Origin: an uncultured Chloroflexia bacterium
GTDB lineage: Bacteria > Chloroflexota > Limnocylindria > Limnocylindrales > CSP1-4
Assembly: GCA_963816135.1 (NCBI GenBank)
Contig: CAWFJD010000017.1
Coordinates: 397,064-461,063, forward strand
Length of the DNA: 64,000 nucleotides
Direction of reading: 5' to 3'
Position numbers and translations under genes: made by a program. This document shows, piece after piece, positions 32,664 to 42,973 of this stretch. Position 1 is the first letter of the stretch; each line of letters opens with the position of its first letter. The notes beneath the pieces were generated by a model. That model saw only the letters and a program-made list of their open reading frames with translations. It was not told the origin of the DNA and searched no databases.

Positions 32664-32822
32664 GGAGCCACGATTATCGCATGCCGGTAAGGACCGGCTC
32701 CCATCGCCCGCGCCGGGCCGGATGTGCGCACCGGACTTGCTTGTCGGACCGCACTGCCGGCTAGGCGCCGCCGACCCTGGCTCCCTCGAGGTTCGGATAA
32801 CCGCGCCGGAGCTCCGACGCGC

Positions 32823-33749
32823 TCATTCGTCGCTTGCCCGCCAGCTGGACCTCTTCCAGGCGGAGCCGACCCTCGCCCGCAGGAGCGTGAGCCCCTTGTC
32901 ATCGCTGACGATGATCCCCGGAACGTCGCCCGCCTCGCCGGGACGCACCGTCGCCGAGCAAACGATGAGCCGCCCCTGCGGGACCTCCAGGTAGGCGCCG
33001 GGCCAGGGCTGGTAGGCCCGGATCTGCCGCTCGAGTTGCGCCGCGGGCTGCTCCGGATCGAGCCGGCCATCGTCCCGGCGGAGTGGCCGCGTGAGCGTGA
33101 TCCCCTTTTCGGGCTGGGGCCGGGGCGCCAGCCGTCCGGCCAGCCACTCGGGCAACGCGTGCCGCACCAGGTCCGCGGCAACGTTCGCCGCCCGCTCCTC
33201 GAGCGTCACCGCCGTGTCGTCCGGCCGCACCTCAAATGCTTCCGTGGCGACGATCGGGCCCGCGTCCATCTCGTCGGTGACGACCATCAGCGCCACGGCG
33301 GACTCGCGGTCGCCGGCCAGGATCGTGGCCGGGATCGGCGCCGCGCCTCGGTGGCGCGGCAGCGCCGAGGGATGCAGGTTCAGGAAACCCTGTGACGGCA
33401 GCTCGAGCAGGCCGCGGGGAATCAGCTGCCCGTAGTCCGCGAGGACCGCCAGGTCGGGTGCCAGGGCGGCAATCTCCGCCACCGCCTCCGGCCGGCGGAC
33501 TCGAACAGGTTGGAGCACGGGCAGGCCGAGCCGGCGGGCACGAGCCGTCACGGGCGTAGGGGTCACGATGGCTTTGCGCCCGACGGGCTTGTCCGGAGCG
33601 GAAACGACCGCCACGATTCGAACGCCCGGCAACTCCGCGAGGGCATCGAGAATCGGTACCGCGAACGACCCGCTGCCGAAGAAGATCGTTCTGGCAGGCG
33701 TCGAGCCGTCGGCCGCGGCGACGCTCGAAGGCTCGCCCGCCGACTCCAT
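32823..33749 (-). CDS. fmt: Methionyl-tRNA formyltransferase
   Basis: Intact 308 aa ORF reading IFFGSGSFAVPIL...FLNLHPSALPRHRGAAPI...MVVTDEMDAGPI. Its ATG shares one base with the def stop (TGATG). Confidence 0.9.
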   Translation of the reverse strand: MESAGEPSSVAAADGSTPARTIFFGSGSFAVPILDALAELPGVRIVAVVSAPDKPVGRKAIVTPTPVTARARRLGLPVLQPVRVRRPEAVAEIAALAPDLAVLADYGQLIPRGLLELPSQGFLNLHPSALPRHRGAAPIPATILAGDRESAVALMVVTDEMDAGPIVATEAFEVRPDDTAVTLEERAANVAADLVRHALPEWLAGRLAPRPQPEKGITLTRPLRRDDGRLDPEQPAAQLERQIRAYQPWPGAYLEVPQGRLIVCSATVRPGEAGDVPGIIVSDDKGLTLLRARVGSAWKRSSWRASDE

Positions 33750-34270
33750 CAGGCCAGCGCTGTCGCGGCGACTCTCGAGGATTCGCTCTCGCTCTCTTCG
33801 TCGCCGGGGGTGACCTCGATCAGCTCGTCCATCGAATCGAGGTAGTCGATGTAGAGCTTGCCGTCCAGATGGTCGATCTCGTGCTGAAAAGCGCGGCCCA
33901 GCAGGCCGCTCCCGGCGACCTTGATCTTCTTGCCCATCCGGTTCTGGGCGACGACCCAGACCTTCTCACGGCGGGTGATGTACGCCACGTAGCCCGGGAT
34001 CGAGAGGCAACCCTCCAGGTCGCGGTCGTCGCCCTCGGCACGGACGATGCGCGGGTTGACCAGCTCGTGGAGCTGGCCTTCGACGTCCACCACGCAGGCT
34101 CGAACCGCTTCGCCGATCTGCGGCGCGGCGAGGCCCGCTCCGGGCGCCTTTCGAACCGTCTCGGTCAGGTCGTCGAGAAGCTCGCGAATGTATTTGCCGA
34201 ACGAATCGACAGGCTGGCCCTTCATGCGCAGCCGGGGATCGCCGAGGAGAACGATGGGTCGGACACTCAT
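33749..34270 (-). CDS. def: Peptide deformylase
   Basis: Contains GAGLAAPQIG...EGCLSIPG...HEIDHLDG. The likely start is ATG 34270 (MSVRPIVLLGD). Confidence 0.9.
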   Translation of the reverse strand: MSVRPIVLLGDPRLRMKGQPVDSFGKYIRELLDDLTETVRKAPGAGLAAPQIGEAVRACVVDVEGQLHELVNPRIVRAEGDDRDLEGCLSIPGYVAYITRREKVWVVAQNRMGKKIKVAGSGLLGRAFQHEIDHLDGKLYIDYLDSMDELIEVTPGDEESESESSRVAATALA

Positions 34271-34375
34271 GAGGGCGAGTATACCGGGCTTACCGCAGCT
34301 CGCCGGCACGCCCAATTCGGGTGGCTCGAAGCACGGTTCGGAGCGCGGTTCGGTGCGCGCCGTGAGGCGCCACGC

Positions 34376-37103
34376 TCACAGCAGCGAGTCGGGATCGACG
34401 TCGATCGACCACGGGGGGCCCGGCGGCGGGTCGAGCAGGCGGCGGGGATCGTCTCCCCGAAGAACCACGTTCCAGCGCCAGCGTCCGGCGCGGCGGGCCA
34501 CGTAGGCGGGAGCCGGCCCGAGAACCGCGATTCTGCCGGCTGGCGGCGAGGTCGACGGCGAGGCCGGGGCCGATGCCGCCGCGGCGGCGAGCCGGTCCAC
34601 CATCGCTTCGGCCTCCTTCTGGGCGGCCACTGGATCCGGCAAGCCGACGGTGAGCTTGACCAGACGCCCGAAGGGGGGCGAGCCGAAGAGCCGGCGGGCC
34701 TCGAGCTCGGCGTCGTAGAACGCGGCAGGATCGGCCGAAGCGACTGCCGTGATCGCGGGGTGGTCCGGCTGGTAGGTCTGGATGATCGCGAGTCCGGGCC
34801 GCTCGCCCCTGCCCGCTCGGCCGACGGCCTGGGTGAGCAGCTGGAAGGTTCGCTCCGCGGCGCGCTCGTCGGGGAGATTGAGAGCGACGTCGGCCGAGAC
34901 GACGCCGACGAGGGTGACCTGCGGCACGTCGATGCCCTTGGCCACGACGCTGGTCCCGACGAGGACGTCGAGGCGGCCTTCCGAGAAGGCATCGAGCACG
35001 CGCTGGACGGCGCCCTTGTGCTCCGCGACGTCGCGATCCAGCCGGCCGATCCGCAACTGCGGAAAGGCGGCCTTGACTTCCTCCTCGACGCGTTGGGTCC
35101 CGCCGCCCAGATACCTGATCCGTGGGGAACGGCAGACCGGGCAGCGCGTCGCGAGGGGCGAGGCGGTCCCGCAGTGGTGGCAGCGGAGCGTCACGCCGGC
35201 CTGGTGGTAGACGAGGCTGCGGTCGCACTCCGGGCAGCGCTGGACATGGCCGCAGTCGCGGCAGACGACGACGGACGCGGTGCCCCGGCGGTTGATGACC
35301 AGGATGGCCTGCTCTCCCTCCGGGAGCGAGTCCAGCGCCGAGCGGAGCGCCACGGAGAGGAGGCCGCGGTTGCCGGCCGCGAGCTCGGCCCGGAGATCGA
35401 CGACCTCCACTCGCGGCGGCGCGCCCGACGGCCGATCCGGAAGCGGGGCGTGTCGGTAAACGCCCTGACGGGCGCGGCCGACGCTCTCGACGGACGGAGT
35501 CGCCGAGCCCAGTACCAGCGCCGCACCCGCCAGGCGGGCCAGGGCGATGGCACCGTCGCGGGCCTGCAGGCGAGGAGTCCGATCGCTCTTGTACGCGGCG
35601 TCGTGCTCCTCGTCGACGACGATGAGGCCCACGTCGAGCCAGTGGCGCGGTCAGGGCGATCCGCGTTCCGACCACCACGTCCACGGCCCCGGAGCGGATA
35701 CGCCGCCATTCGTCGGCCCGCTCTCCCTCTCCCAATCCTGAGTGGAGAATGGCGATCTCCGCCGCGAGGTCCGTGCGAAGCCTGTCCACGAGCGGCATGG
35801 CCAGGGCGATCTCCGGCACGAGAACCAGGGCGGGCCGGCCCTCGGAGATGACCTCGGCGATTGCCTCGGCGTACACCGTGGTCTTGCCGGAGCCGGTAAT
35901 CCCCTGCAGGAGGAGCGGCGTCGGATCGCGCTGCGCGGCCGCTTCAACGATGAGTGCCAGCGCCGCGGCCTGCGGTTCGGTGAGCGCGGCGCCCTCTGGC
36001 CGGGTCCCGCGCCGGCCGGCACGCCGTCGCTCCAGCGGCCGGCGCGGACGTTCGCGAAGCTCGGCGGCGACGAGGCCGCGGCGGACAAGGTTCGTGGCGG
36101 TCCCGGAGCCGTGGCGCTGAGCCGCTTCCGGTCCGGAGAGGCCCGCCTCGCCGGCACTGGCGAGATCGGCCAGGAGTGCCCGCTGCCGAACTCCAAGCCG
36201 GCCGGTGGCGCGCCCGGCCCCGGGACCGATCGCCGCCACGGACGCCGCCACGGCCGCGGCCCCCACGGCCTGGCCCGCCGCCACGGCCTGGCCCGCTGCC
36301 ACGTCCACGCCCGCCGCCACCGCCGCCACCGCGCGTCCCTCGTCCGTCAGAGTGAGCCAGCGTTCGTAGCGTGGGCCGGCGCTCGCCGCGGTCAAGGTCC
36401 ACTCGAGCCGGAGCAGACCCCGCGCCGCCATCGACCGCAGGCGCCGCAGGGTCGCGGCGCGGCCGTCGTCGCCTTCGAGGTCCGGGACCGGCAGCGGCCC
36501 AGACGTGAGCCGCTCGCGGATCGCCATCTCGGCAGCGCCGACTGGCTCGGTTCCAAGCCCGCCCTCTTCGCTTTCGGGCAACCACTCGGCAACCAGGTCC
36601 AGCCGCTCGAGCATCCCGGGTGGCAGCATCGATCTGAGCACGGCAGCCGGCGGCGCGAGGTACTCGGCCGCGATCCAGCGCGCGAGTTCCAGCGACAGGC
36701 GCGGCAGCAGTGGACCATCGGCCCGGACGCGGGCGAGGATCGGTTTCGGGGCGAACGCGGGGTCGGCCGACGCGACCGAACTCAAGACGACGCCAAGGGC
36801 CTGCCTGGCTCTGCCGAATTCGACCAGCACGGCCTCGCCGTCCTCTACACCGGCCAGTCGCTCGGGTACCGCATAGGTGTAGGTCCGCGACGCCCCCGGA
36901 GCGTCAACGGCAACTTCGACGAATGTCGAGGCTCCGGATCCGCCGTCGTCGCCGACCAGGTCCCCCGCCACGCCCCCGGCGACGTCTCCGGCGACATTCG
37001 GATCGGCCGCGGCAAGCGGACTTCCGTCCGTGCCGGCCGGCGGCTCCAGATCGAGCTGCAGTTCCTCGGTATCGCCCGTCAACTCGCGCCCCCGATCGCC
37101 CAC
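34376..37103 (-). pseudogene. priA: Primosomal protein N' PriA (single shift near 35640)
   Basis: The N-terminal part is in ORF 34290..37103 (VEVAVDAPG...LLQGITGSGKTTVY...LVPEIAL). The remainder is in ORF 34376..35632 (GLIVVDEEHD...CRDCGHVQRCPECDRSLVYH...CHHCG...CPVC...VAKGIDVPQVTLV). Confidence 0.9.
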
Positions 37104-37107
37104 GGCG

Positions 37108-37797
37108 TCAGACCGTAACCACCCGTCGGGATCCGAGCCGTTCTTCTTCGCTGATGATCTCCTCGATTCGGGCGGCCGTGACGTCGACCCGGCCCTCCTC
37201 GTTGACCACCACGTAGTCGTAGTCGTTCTGGCGGGCGAGCTCGATGGCGGCGTTGCGCTGCCTGAGCTCGAGCTGTTCGGCCAATTCGGTCCGGCGCGCC
37301 TTGAGGTGTTCGACCAGGGTCTCCATCGTCGGCGGGACGACGAAGATGAGGAGCGCTTCCGGGACGCCGCTCTTGACCACCTGGGCGCCCTGGACGTCGA
37401 TCTTGAGAATGGCGTGCTGGCCGTTGGCCAGCGCCTGCCGGACGCCCGACCGAGGAGTCCCGTACCAGTTGCCGTGCACTTCGTTGGCTTCGAGAAGCTC
37501 GCCGCTGTCGCGGAGTCGCATGAACTCGTCGGCGGTCACGAATTGATACGAGACGCCGTCGGTCTCGCCGACCCGCGGCGCCCGAGTGGTGCACGTCACG
37601 ACGTAGTGGTAACCGGGCACATGGCCTCGTCTCTGGAGCGCCTCGATGATCGTGTCCTTGCCCACCCCCGAGGGTCCCGAGATGATCACGAGCATCGGGT
37701 TGGGATCGGCCCCGGATCCGGGCATCACCGAAAGACGCTCCGCCGGGCGGCCATGGCCCGTCCCGGGCGCGGATGCCGGCTCGAAGGGCAGGCTCAT
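37108..37797 (-). CDS. gmk: Guanylate kinase
   Basis: Intact 229 aa ORF reading ISGPSGVGKDT...TTRAPRVGETDGVSYQFV...EANEVHGNWYGT. Confidence 0.9.
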   Translation of the reverse strand: MSLPFEPASAPGTGHGRPAERLSVMPGSGADPNPMLVIISGPSGVGKDTIIEALQRRGHVPGYHYVVTCTTRAPRVGETDGVSYQFVTADEFMRLRDSGELLEANEVHGNWYGTPRSGVRQALANGQHAILKIDVQGAQVVKSGVPEALLIFVVPPTMETLVEHLKARRTELAEQLELRQRNAAIELARQNDYDYVVVNEEGRVDVTAARIEEIISEEERLGSRRVVTV

Positions 37798-38750
37798 GCG
37801 GTTTCACCGTCGGCCGGTCGAGTGGGCAGGCCGGTGGCGACGGTCCTGAGGCCGGCGAGCACCGATTCAAGCTCGGGAGGAAGCGGCGCTTCGACTCGCA
37901 GGAGGTGGCCATCGCTGGGTGCCTGGAGCTCGATCCGCCAGCTGTGGAGGAACATCCGGGCCAGTCCCTCCGGGCCCCGGCGGGACGTGCCGGTCCCGTA
38001 AACCGGATCGCCGGCCAGAGGATGACCCAGCGCCGTGAGATGGACGCGGATCTGGTGTGTGCGCCCGGTTATGAGGTCCAGTTCCAGCAGGGTCCAGCCG
38101 GGCAAACGTTCGCGAACCCGATAGCCGGTGACGGCCTCGCGCCCGCCGGGTGTCACGGCCATCCTGGTCCGGTGCTGTGGATCCCGACCGATCGGCGCTT
38201 CGATCCGGCCGTTGGTCGCGGAAACGACTCCCATCGCCAGGCCCAGATACGTCTTCTTGATGCCTCGGGCTTTGAGCTGGGCCATGAGGCTCGCCTGGGC
38301 GCGGTCGTTCTTGGCGACCATGAGCAGGCCACTCGTGTCGCGGTCGAGCCGGTGGACGATGCCGGGCCTCGCGACTCCGGCGATGCCGCCGTATTCGGTG
38401 TCGCGGGCGAGAAGCGCGTTCACGAGCGTTCCGCCGGAGTGCCCGGGGGCCGGATGGACCACCAGCCCGGCAGCCTTGTCGATGATCAGCATGTCCGCGT
38501 CTTCGTAGAGAACGGACAGAGGGATGTCCTCGGCTTCGAGCTCGAGCGGCTTGACATCCGGTATTTCGAGCTCCAGCACGGATCCCGCCACGGCCGTGTC
38601 ATTCGACTTCACGGGCCAGCCGCCCAGCGTCACGCGGCCTTCGAAGATCAGCTTCTGGACATAGCTGCGGGACAGCCCTGAGAGATCGGCGACGAGACGG
38701 TCGACCCGGCCCTCGGCGGCTTCGGGCACGGTGATCGTCAGCCGCCTCAT
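37794..38750 (-). CDS. rluD: 23S rRNA pseudouridine synthase RluD (RluA family with an S4 domain)
   Basis: Intact 318 aa ORF reading RVDRLVADL...SRSYVQKLI...VLYEDADMLIIDKAAGLVVHP...GIVHRLDRDTSGLLMVAKN. Confidence 0.85.
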   Translation of the reverse strand: MRRLTITVPEAAEGRVDRLVADLSGLSRSYVQKLIFEGRVTLGGWPVKSNDTAVAGSVLELEIPDVKPLELEAEDIPLSVLYEDADMLIIDKAAGLVVHPAPGHSGGTLVNALLARDTEYGGIAGVARPGIVHRLDRDTSGLLMVAKNDRAQASLMAQLKARGIKKTYLGLAMGVVSATNGRIEAPIGRDPQHRTRMAVTPGGREAVTGYRVRERLPGWTLLELDLITGRTHQIRVHLTALGHPLAGDPVYGTGTSRRGPEGLARMFLHSWRIELQAPSDGHLLRVEAPLPPELESVLAGLRTVATGLPTRPADGETA

Positions 38751-38753
38751 CGG

Positions 38754-39395
38754 CTAGCGGCCCTCGCCGTCGGTACGGCGCTCCCGGATGACGGCCCCAG
38801 CTCTCGCGTCCTCGGCCTCCGCCTCCGGGTCCCGAGCCGGTCGATCCAGGTTATCGCGCGACTCGGTCTGGCCATCTAGCGTCAGGTGGATGCCCAGAAA
38901 CGGTCCGATGATCCAGATGCCGAGCATCAGCAAGATCGCCGCAGTGACGGCCGAATCCGCGATGTTGAATATGTAGAAACGCCAGTTCCCTATCCCGATG
39001 TCGGCAAAGTCGACGACGTATCCCAGGGCGATCCTGTCGATGAAGTTGCCGACCGCACCGCCGAGCAGCAGGCCCAGCGTTATCGTGACGATCCAGCTTC
39101 GCCAGCCCGATCCGAGCTCGAGGGCCGTCATGACCGCGGCCACTGCCACGGTTACTGCCGGCGAAGACCAGCGCTTGCCCCTGAAACAGGCCGAAGAGTC
39201 CGCCCTTGTTCTGGATGTAGTCGACGCGCAGCCAGTCGCCGAGGACGTTGCTCGGCTGGTCGATGTGGTAGGTCGCGACGATCCATTGTTTCAGTAGCTG
39301 GTCGCTGAGGGCTACGACCAGAGCGAGCAGGACGAATATGGCGAGGGCCGTCGGCCGCCGAGCCGTGAGCTTTCTTCGGGATGCGCTTCGCTAGC
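38754..39395 (-). pseudogene. lspA: Lipoprotein signal peptidase II (shift near 39165; start not resolved)
   Basis: ORF 38754..39149 reads LLLGGAVGNFIDRIALGYVVDF...FNIADSAV. The N-terminal half (ALAIFVLLALVVALSDQLLKQWIV...GDWLRVDYIQNKGGLFG) is in another frame, and no in-frame start codon is seen. Confidence 0.8.
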
Positions 39396-39431
39396 GTTCA
39401 GGTTCTGGCCTCCGATGGTGTTCCGCTAAGC

Positions 39432-42400
39432 CTAAGGGGCGACCGCGCCGGGCATCAAGCCGACTCGTACGGTCCCGCCGTCGAGATCGACGGATTGAGC
39501 GTGAGCCGGACCCACGCCGAACTCGATCCGGCTGCGCGTTTCCGACGCAACCGAGCCGAGGAACGGCCGGAGCGCATCGACGATCGACGCCGGCGCCTCC
39601 ACTCGGATGAGGACTTCTTCGTCGAGCTCGACCCCGGCATCCTTTCGAGCGTCCTGGATCGCCCGCTGCAACTCCCGGGCATCGCCTTCGGCTCGCAGTT
39701 CCGGCGTGAGCTCCGTGTCGATGACCACCACGAGACCCTCGTCGTGGGCGACGGCCGTGCCGGGCCGCGGCGTGGCCTGGATCTCGACTTCGTCCGGGGC
39801 AAGGGTCACGCCGCCGATCGCGACCGACCCGTCGGGGAGAATCTCGAACTTGCCCTCGCGGGCGGCCGCCATGACCGCCGGGATCGCGTTCCCGAGCTTC
39901 TTGCCGATCTTGGGCAGGAGCGGCTTGACCCGACGATCCACCAGCTCCGATTCGTCGCCGATCAGCTCGATGGACTTGACGTTGACCTCGTCGGCCACGA
40001 GATCCAGCAGCGCCTCCTGCTCGACGAGCCGGTCGACTCCGGGCAGGGCCAGCCACATCCGCGCCAGCGGCTGGCGGGTCTTGAGTCCCGCCTGTGACCG
40101 GAGGGTTCGAGCAAGGTCCACGGCCCGCATGACCGTCTTCATCGAGGCCTGGAGCGGCCGATCGTTCAGGTCCTTCAGGTCGTCCGTGGGCCAGGTGGTG
40201 AGGTGGACGCTGTCGGGCAGGTTCGGCTCGACCGCGACGATCAGGTTCTGATAGATCGTCTCCGACAGGAACGGCAGGATCGGGGCCATGATTCGCGAGA
40301 GAGCCACGAGCACGGCGTGGAGCGTCGAGAACGCCTGCTCGCGGTCCGCTGGCTCCGCCGACGCTCGCATTCGATCGCGCGAGCGGCGCAGGTACCAGGT
40401 GGAGAGATCCTCGATGAAGTCGTCGATCTCGTGCGTCGCGTCGAGAGCGTCGTAGTCGTGGAGATCGCGCTCCACCTCTTCGGCGAGCCGGGCCGCCCGG
40501 GCGAGGATCCAGCGATCGAGCGCCGGCCAATCGCCGGCAGCCTTCATCGCCGCGACGATGCCCCGCTTGGGTGCCCAGCCGGCCAGCCGGGCGTAGGTCA
40601 CGAAGAACGAGTAGACGTTCCAGAGGACCAGCAGCCGGCGGCGGGCCTCGTCAGCGGCGTGCCAGCCGAAGTTGATGTTGTCCTCTGGACGGGCCGTCGC
40701 GAACATCCAGCGCATGACGTCGACGCCCATCCGTTCGGCCGCCTCGTCGAACTCGATGGCGTTGCCCCAGCTCTTGTGCATCTGCCGGCCGTCTTCGCCG
40801 AACACGAGCGCATAACCGAAGAGCGTCTTGAACGGGGTTTCGCGGCGCAGGACCGTGCTCATCGCCAGGAGCGAGTAGAACCAGTTGCGGAACTGGCCCG
40901 GGAAGCTTTCCGTGACGAAGTCGGCCGGGAACCAGCGGCTCCAGTACTCCGGATCCGAGCGGTAGTGCATCGTGGAGAACGGGACGATGCCCGCGTCGAG
41001 CCACGGATTACCCACGTCCGTGATGCGTGAAACCGGCCCGCCGCAGCCCGAGCAGGCGATCTTGACGGCGTCCACGTAAGGCCGGTGCGGCGTATGGCCC
41101 TCGAAGGTGCCCCAGCCTTCGATCGCCCGATCGGCAAGCTCTTCCTCGCCCCCGATGACGTTCACGGTGCCGCACGCCGGGCAGTCGTAGATGGGCAGCG
41201 CCAGGCCCCAGTACCGTTTCTTGGAGATCATCCAATCGTGCATGTTCAGGAGCCAGTCGAGCTCCCGCTCATACCCGAAGCCCGGGATCCACTTGATGTC
41301 CTTGATGACGTCCATGATCTGGTAGCGGAGGCTCGCGTCGACCTCGGCGGGCGTGAGCTGCTCTCGCGGCTTGTCGTAGACCGGACCCATGGAGATGTAC
41401 CACTCGTCGACGAGTCGGAAGACGAGCGGCGTGCCGCAGCGCCAGCAGTGCGGGTAGCGGTGGGTGATGGTCTCGAGACGGTAGAAGCGATGCTCGTGCT
41501 TGAGGCACTCGATGATCGGGTCCTTGACGTCGCGCACGTCGCGGCCCGAGTACGCGCCAAACCCCGGGATGACGATGCCGTTCTCGTCGAGCGGCGCGAT
41601 CATCGGCAGGCCGAGCTTCTTGCCAAGGGCGAAGTCCTCGGCGCCGCAGCCGGGCGCGATGTGGACGATGCCCGTGCCCTCTTCCTCGCCGACTTCGTCC
41701 CAGAGGACGACTCGGTGCTCGTAGTCGTTCCCGTCTCGACCGGCACCGGCAAAGGCCGCCTGGACCGCCGGCAGTTCGTCGAACGGGCCCGAGTACCGCC
41801 AGCCTTCGAGCTCGCGGCCTGGCCGTTCCTCGACGACTTTGAAGTCGCCGGCCGGGGCGTGTTTCAGGGTCCCCCGCGCCAGCCAGAACTGGTCGTCGCC
41901 CTGCTGGATCTTGACGTATCGCAGATCCTCGCCCACCGCCGCGGCCACGTTCGAGGTCAACGTCCAGGGTGTGGTGGTCCAGACGAGCAACGCCTCGCCC
42001 GGGCGGTCCAGGAGCGGGAACTTGACAGTGAGGCCGGGGTCGTCGCGTTCGGCGTAGCCCTCGGTCATCTCGTGCTGGCTGATGCCGGTCCCGCAGCGGG
42101 CGCACCAGGGCATCGTGTCGTGGCCCTTGTACAGCCAGCCGCGCCGGTGGCACTCGGCGATGAAGTTCCAGATGAGGTAGTTGTTCTCGTTGGAGAACGT
42201 GAAGTAGCTGCCGCCCAGTTCCGGCATGCCCAGCCGCCCCACGGCCTGCTCGGCGGTGTCCGTTATAGGCTTGCCGTCGGTGCTGTGCGTCGTCACGGTC
42301 TGGGCGGGGTTCTCTGCGAGGAGGTCGCGGAGGCGGCGCAGCTCGTTGGGATCGTTCCAGTCCATCCACATGCCGAGCCGGATCGACTGCTCGGTCTGGC

Positions 42401-42788
42401 GGGCGGCATAAGTGAGGACCCGCTGCTTGCACAGGCTCACGAACGCGCCGATGCCGTAGTCCTCGATGTCGCGCTTGCTCGTGAAGCCGAGGTCTCGCTC
42501 CACATTGACCTCGACCCAGAGACCCTGGCAGTCGAAGCCGTTCTGGTAGCGCTGGTCCTGGCCGAGCATGGCGTGGAACCGCTGGAAGAGGTCCTTGTAC
42601 GCGCGGCCCCAGGCGTGATGCACGCCCATCGGGTTGTTGGCGGTGATCGGCCCGTCGAGGAAGCTCCAACGCTCCCGCCCCGCGTTCTTGGCGCGCAGTC
42701 GGGCGAACGTCTTGCGTTCATGCCAGAGGGCCAGGATCTCGTGCTCGGCAGCGACGAGGTCGGGCTTGGAGCTGACTGGTCGAAACAT
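39432..42788 (-). CDS. ileS: Isoleucine--tRNA ligase (long, class I)
   Basis: Intact 1118 aa ORF. It has an HIGH-type motif (PITANNPMGVHHAWG), a KMSKS-type motif (QMHKSWGN) and a CP1 editing domain. No frame disruption is seen. Confidence 0.9.
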   Translation of the reverse strand: MFRPVSSKPDLVAAEHEILALWHERKTFARLRAKNAGRERWSFLDGPITANNPMGVHHAWGRAYKDLFQRFHAMLGQDQRYQNGFDCQGLWVEVNVERDLGFTSKRDIEDYGIGAFVSLCKQRVLTYAARQTEQSIRLGMWMDWNDPNELRRLRDLLAENPAQTVTTHSTDGKPITDTAEQAVGRLGMPELGGSYFTFSNENNYLIWNFIAECHRRGWLYKGHDTMPWCARCGTGISQHEMTEGYAERDDPGLTVKFPLLDRPGEALLVWTTTPWTLTSNVAAAVGEDLRYVKIQQGDDQFWLARGTLKHAPAGDFKVVEERPGRELEGWRYSGPFDELPAVQAAFAGAGRDGNDYEHRVVLWDEVGEEEGTGIVHIAPGCGAEDFALGKKLGLPMIAPLDENGIVIPGFGAYSGRDVRDVKDPIIECLKHEHRFYRLETITHRYPHCWRCGTPLVFRLVDEWYISMGPVYDKPREQLTPAEVDASLRYQIMDVIKDIKWIPGFGYERELDWLLNMHDWMISKKRYWGLALPIYDCPACGTVNVIGGEEELADRAIEGWGTFEGHTPHRPYVDAVKIACSGCGGPVSRITDVGNPWLDAGIVPFSTMHYRSDPEYWSRWFPADFVTESFPGQFRNWFYSLLAMSTVLRRETPFKTLFGYALVFGEDGRQMHKSWGNAIEFDEAAERMGVDVMRWMFATARPEDNINFGWHAADEARRRLLVLWNVYSFFVTYARLAGWAPKRGIVAAMKAAGDWPALDRWILARAARLAEEVERDLHDYDALDATHEIDDFIEDLSTWYLRRSRDRMRASAEPADREQAFSTLHAVLVALSRIMAPILPFLSETIYQNLIVAVEPNLPDSVHLTTWPTDDLKDLNDRPLQASMKTVMRAVDLARTLRSQAGLKTRQPLARMWLALPGVDRLVEQEALLDLVADEVNVKSIELIGDESELVDRRVKPLLPKIGKKLGNAIPAVMAAAREGKFEILPDGSVAIGGVTLAPDEVEIQATPRPGTAVAHDEGLVVVIDTELTPELRAEGDARELQRAIQDARKDAGVELDEEVLIRVEAPASIVDALRPFLGSVASETRSRIEFGVGPAHAQSVDLDGGTVRVGLMPGAVAP

Positions 42789-42973
42789 CGTCCTCGGGGC
42801 TCAGTGGCGGCGGCAACTCCACGATCCCCGACTGCCGGTCGTCGGAGGTGCGGCTCCGCCGCTCTTGTCCGTTGACGAGGGGAACGTGTGCGCCTCTATC
42901 CTACCGAACCGCGGGCAATGGCAGGCGAAAGGGCGCGGCTCCCCCGCTCGCCGGCGGCGGCGCTCAGGGGACG

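Noticed and set aside
42789-42973. An ileS T-box leader, as known upstream of ileS in Actinobacteria and Firmicutes
   Set aside because: The 185 nt leader is structured. For example, GCGGCGG pairs with CCGCCGC, and CUCCGAC pairs with GUCGGGG with an adjacent AUC. I could not find the conserved T-box sequence (..GGUGGNACCGCG.. with a UGGN bulge) near the SD, nor Stem I distal motifs. It needs a covariance-model search and is not claimable by eye.
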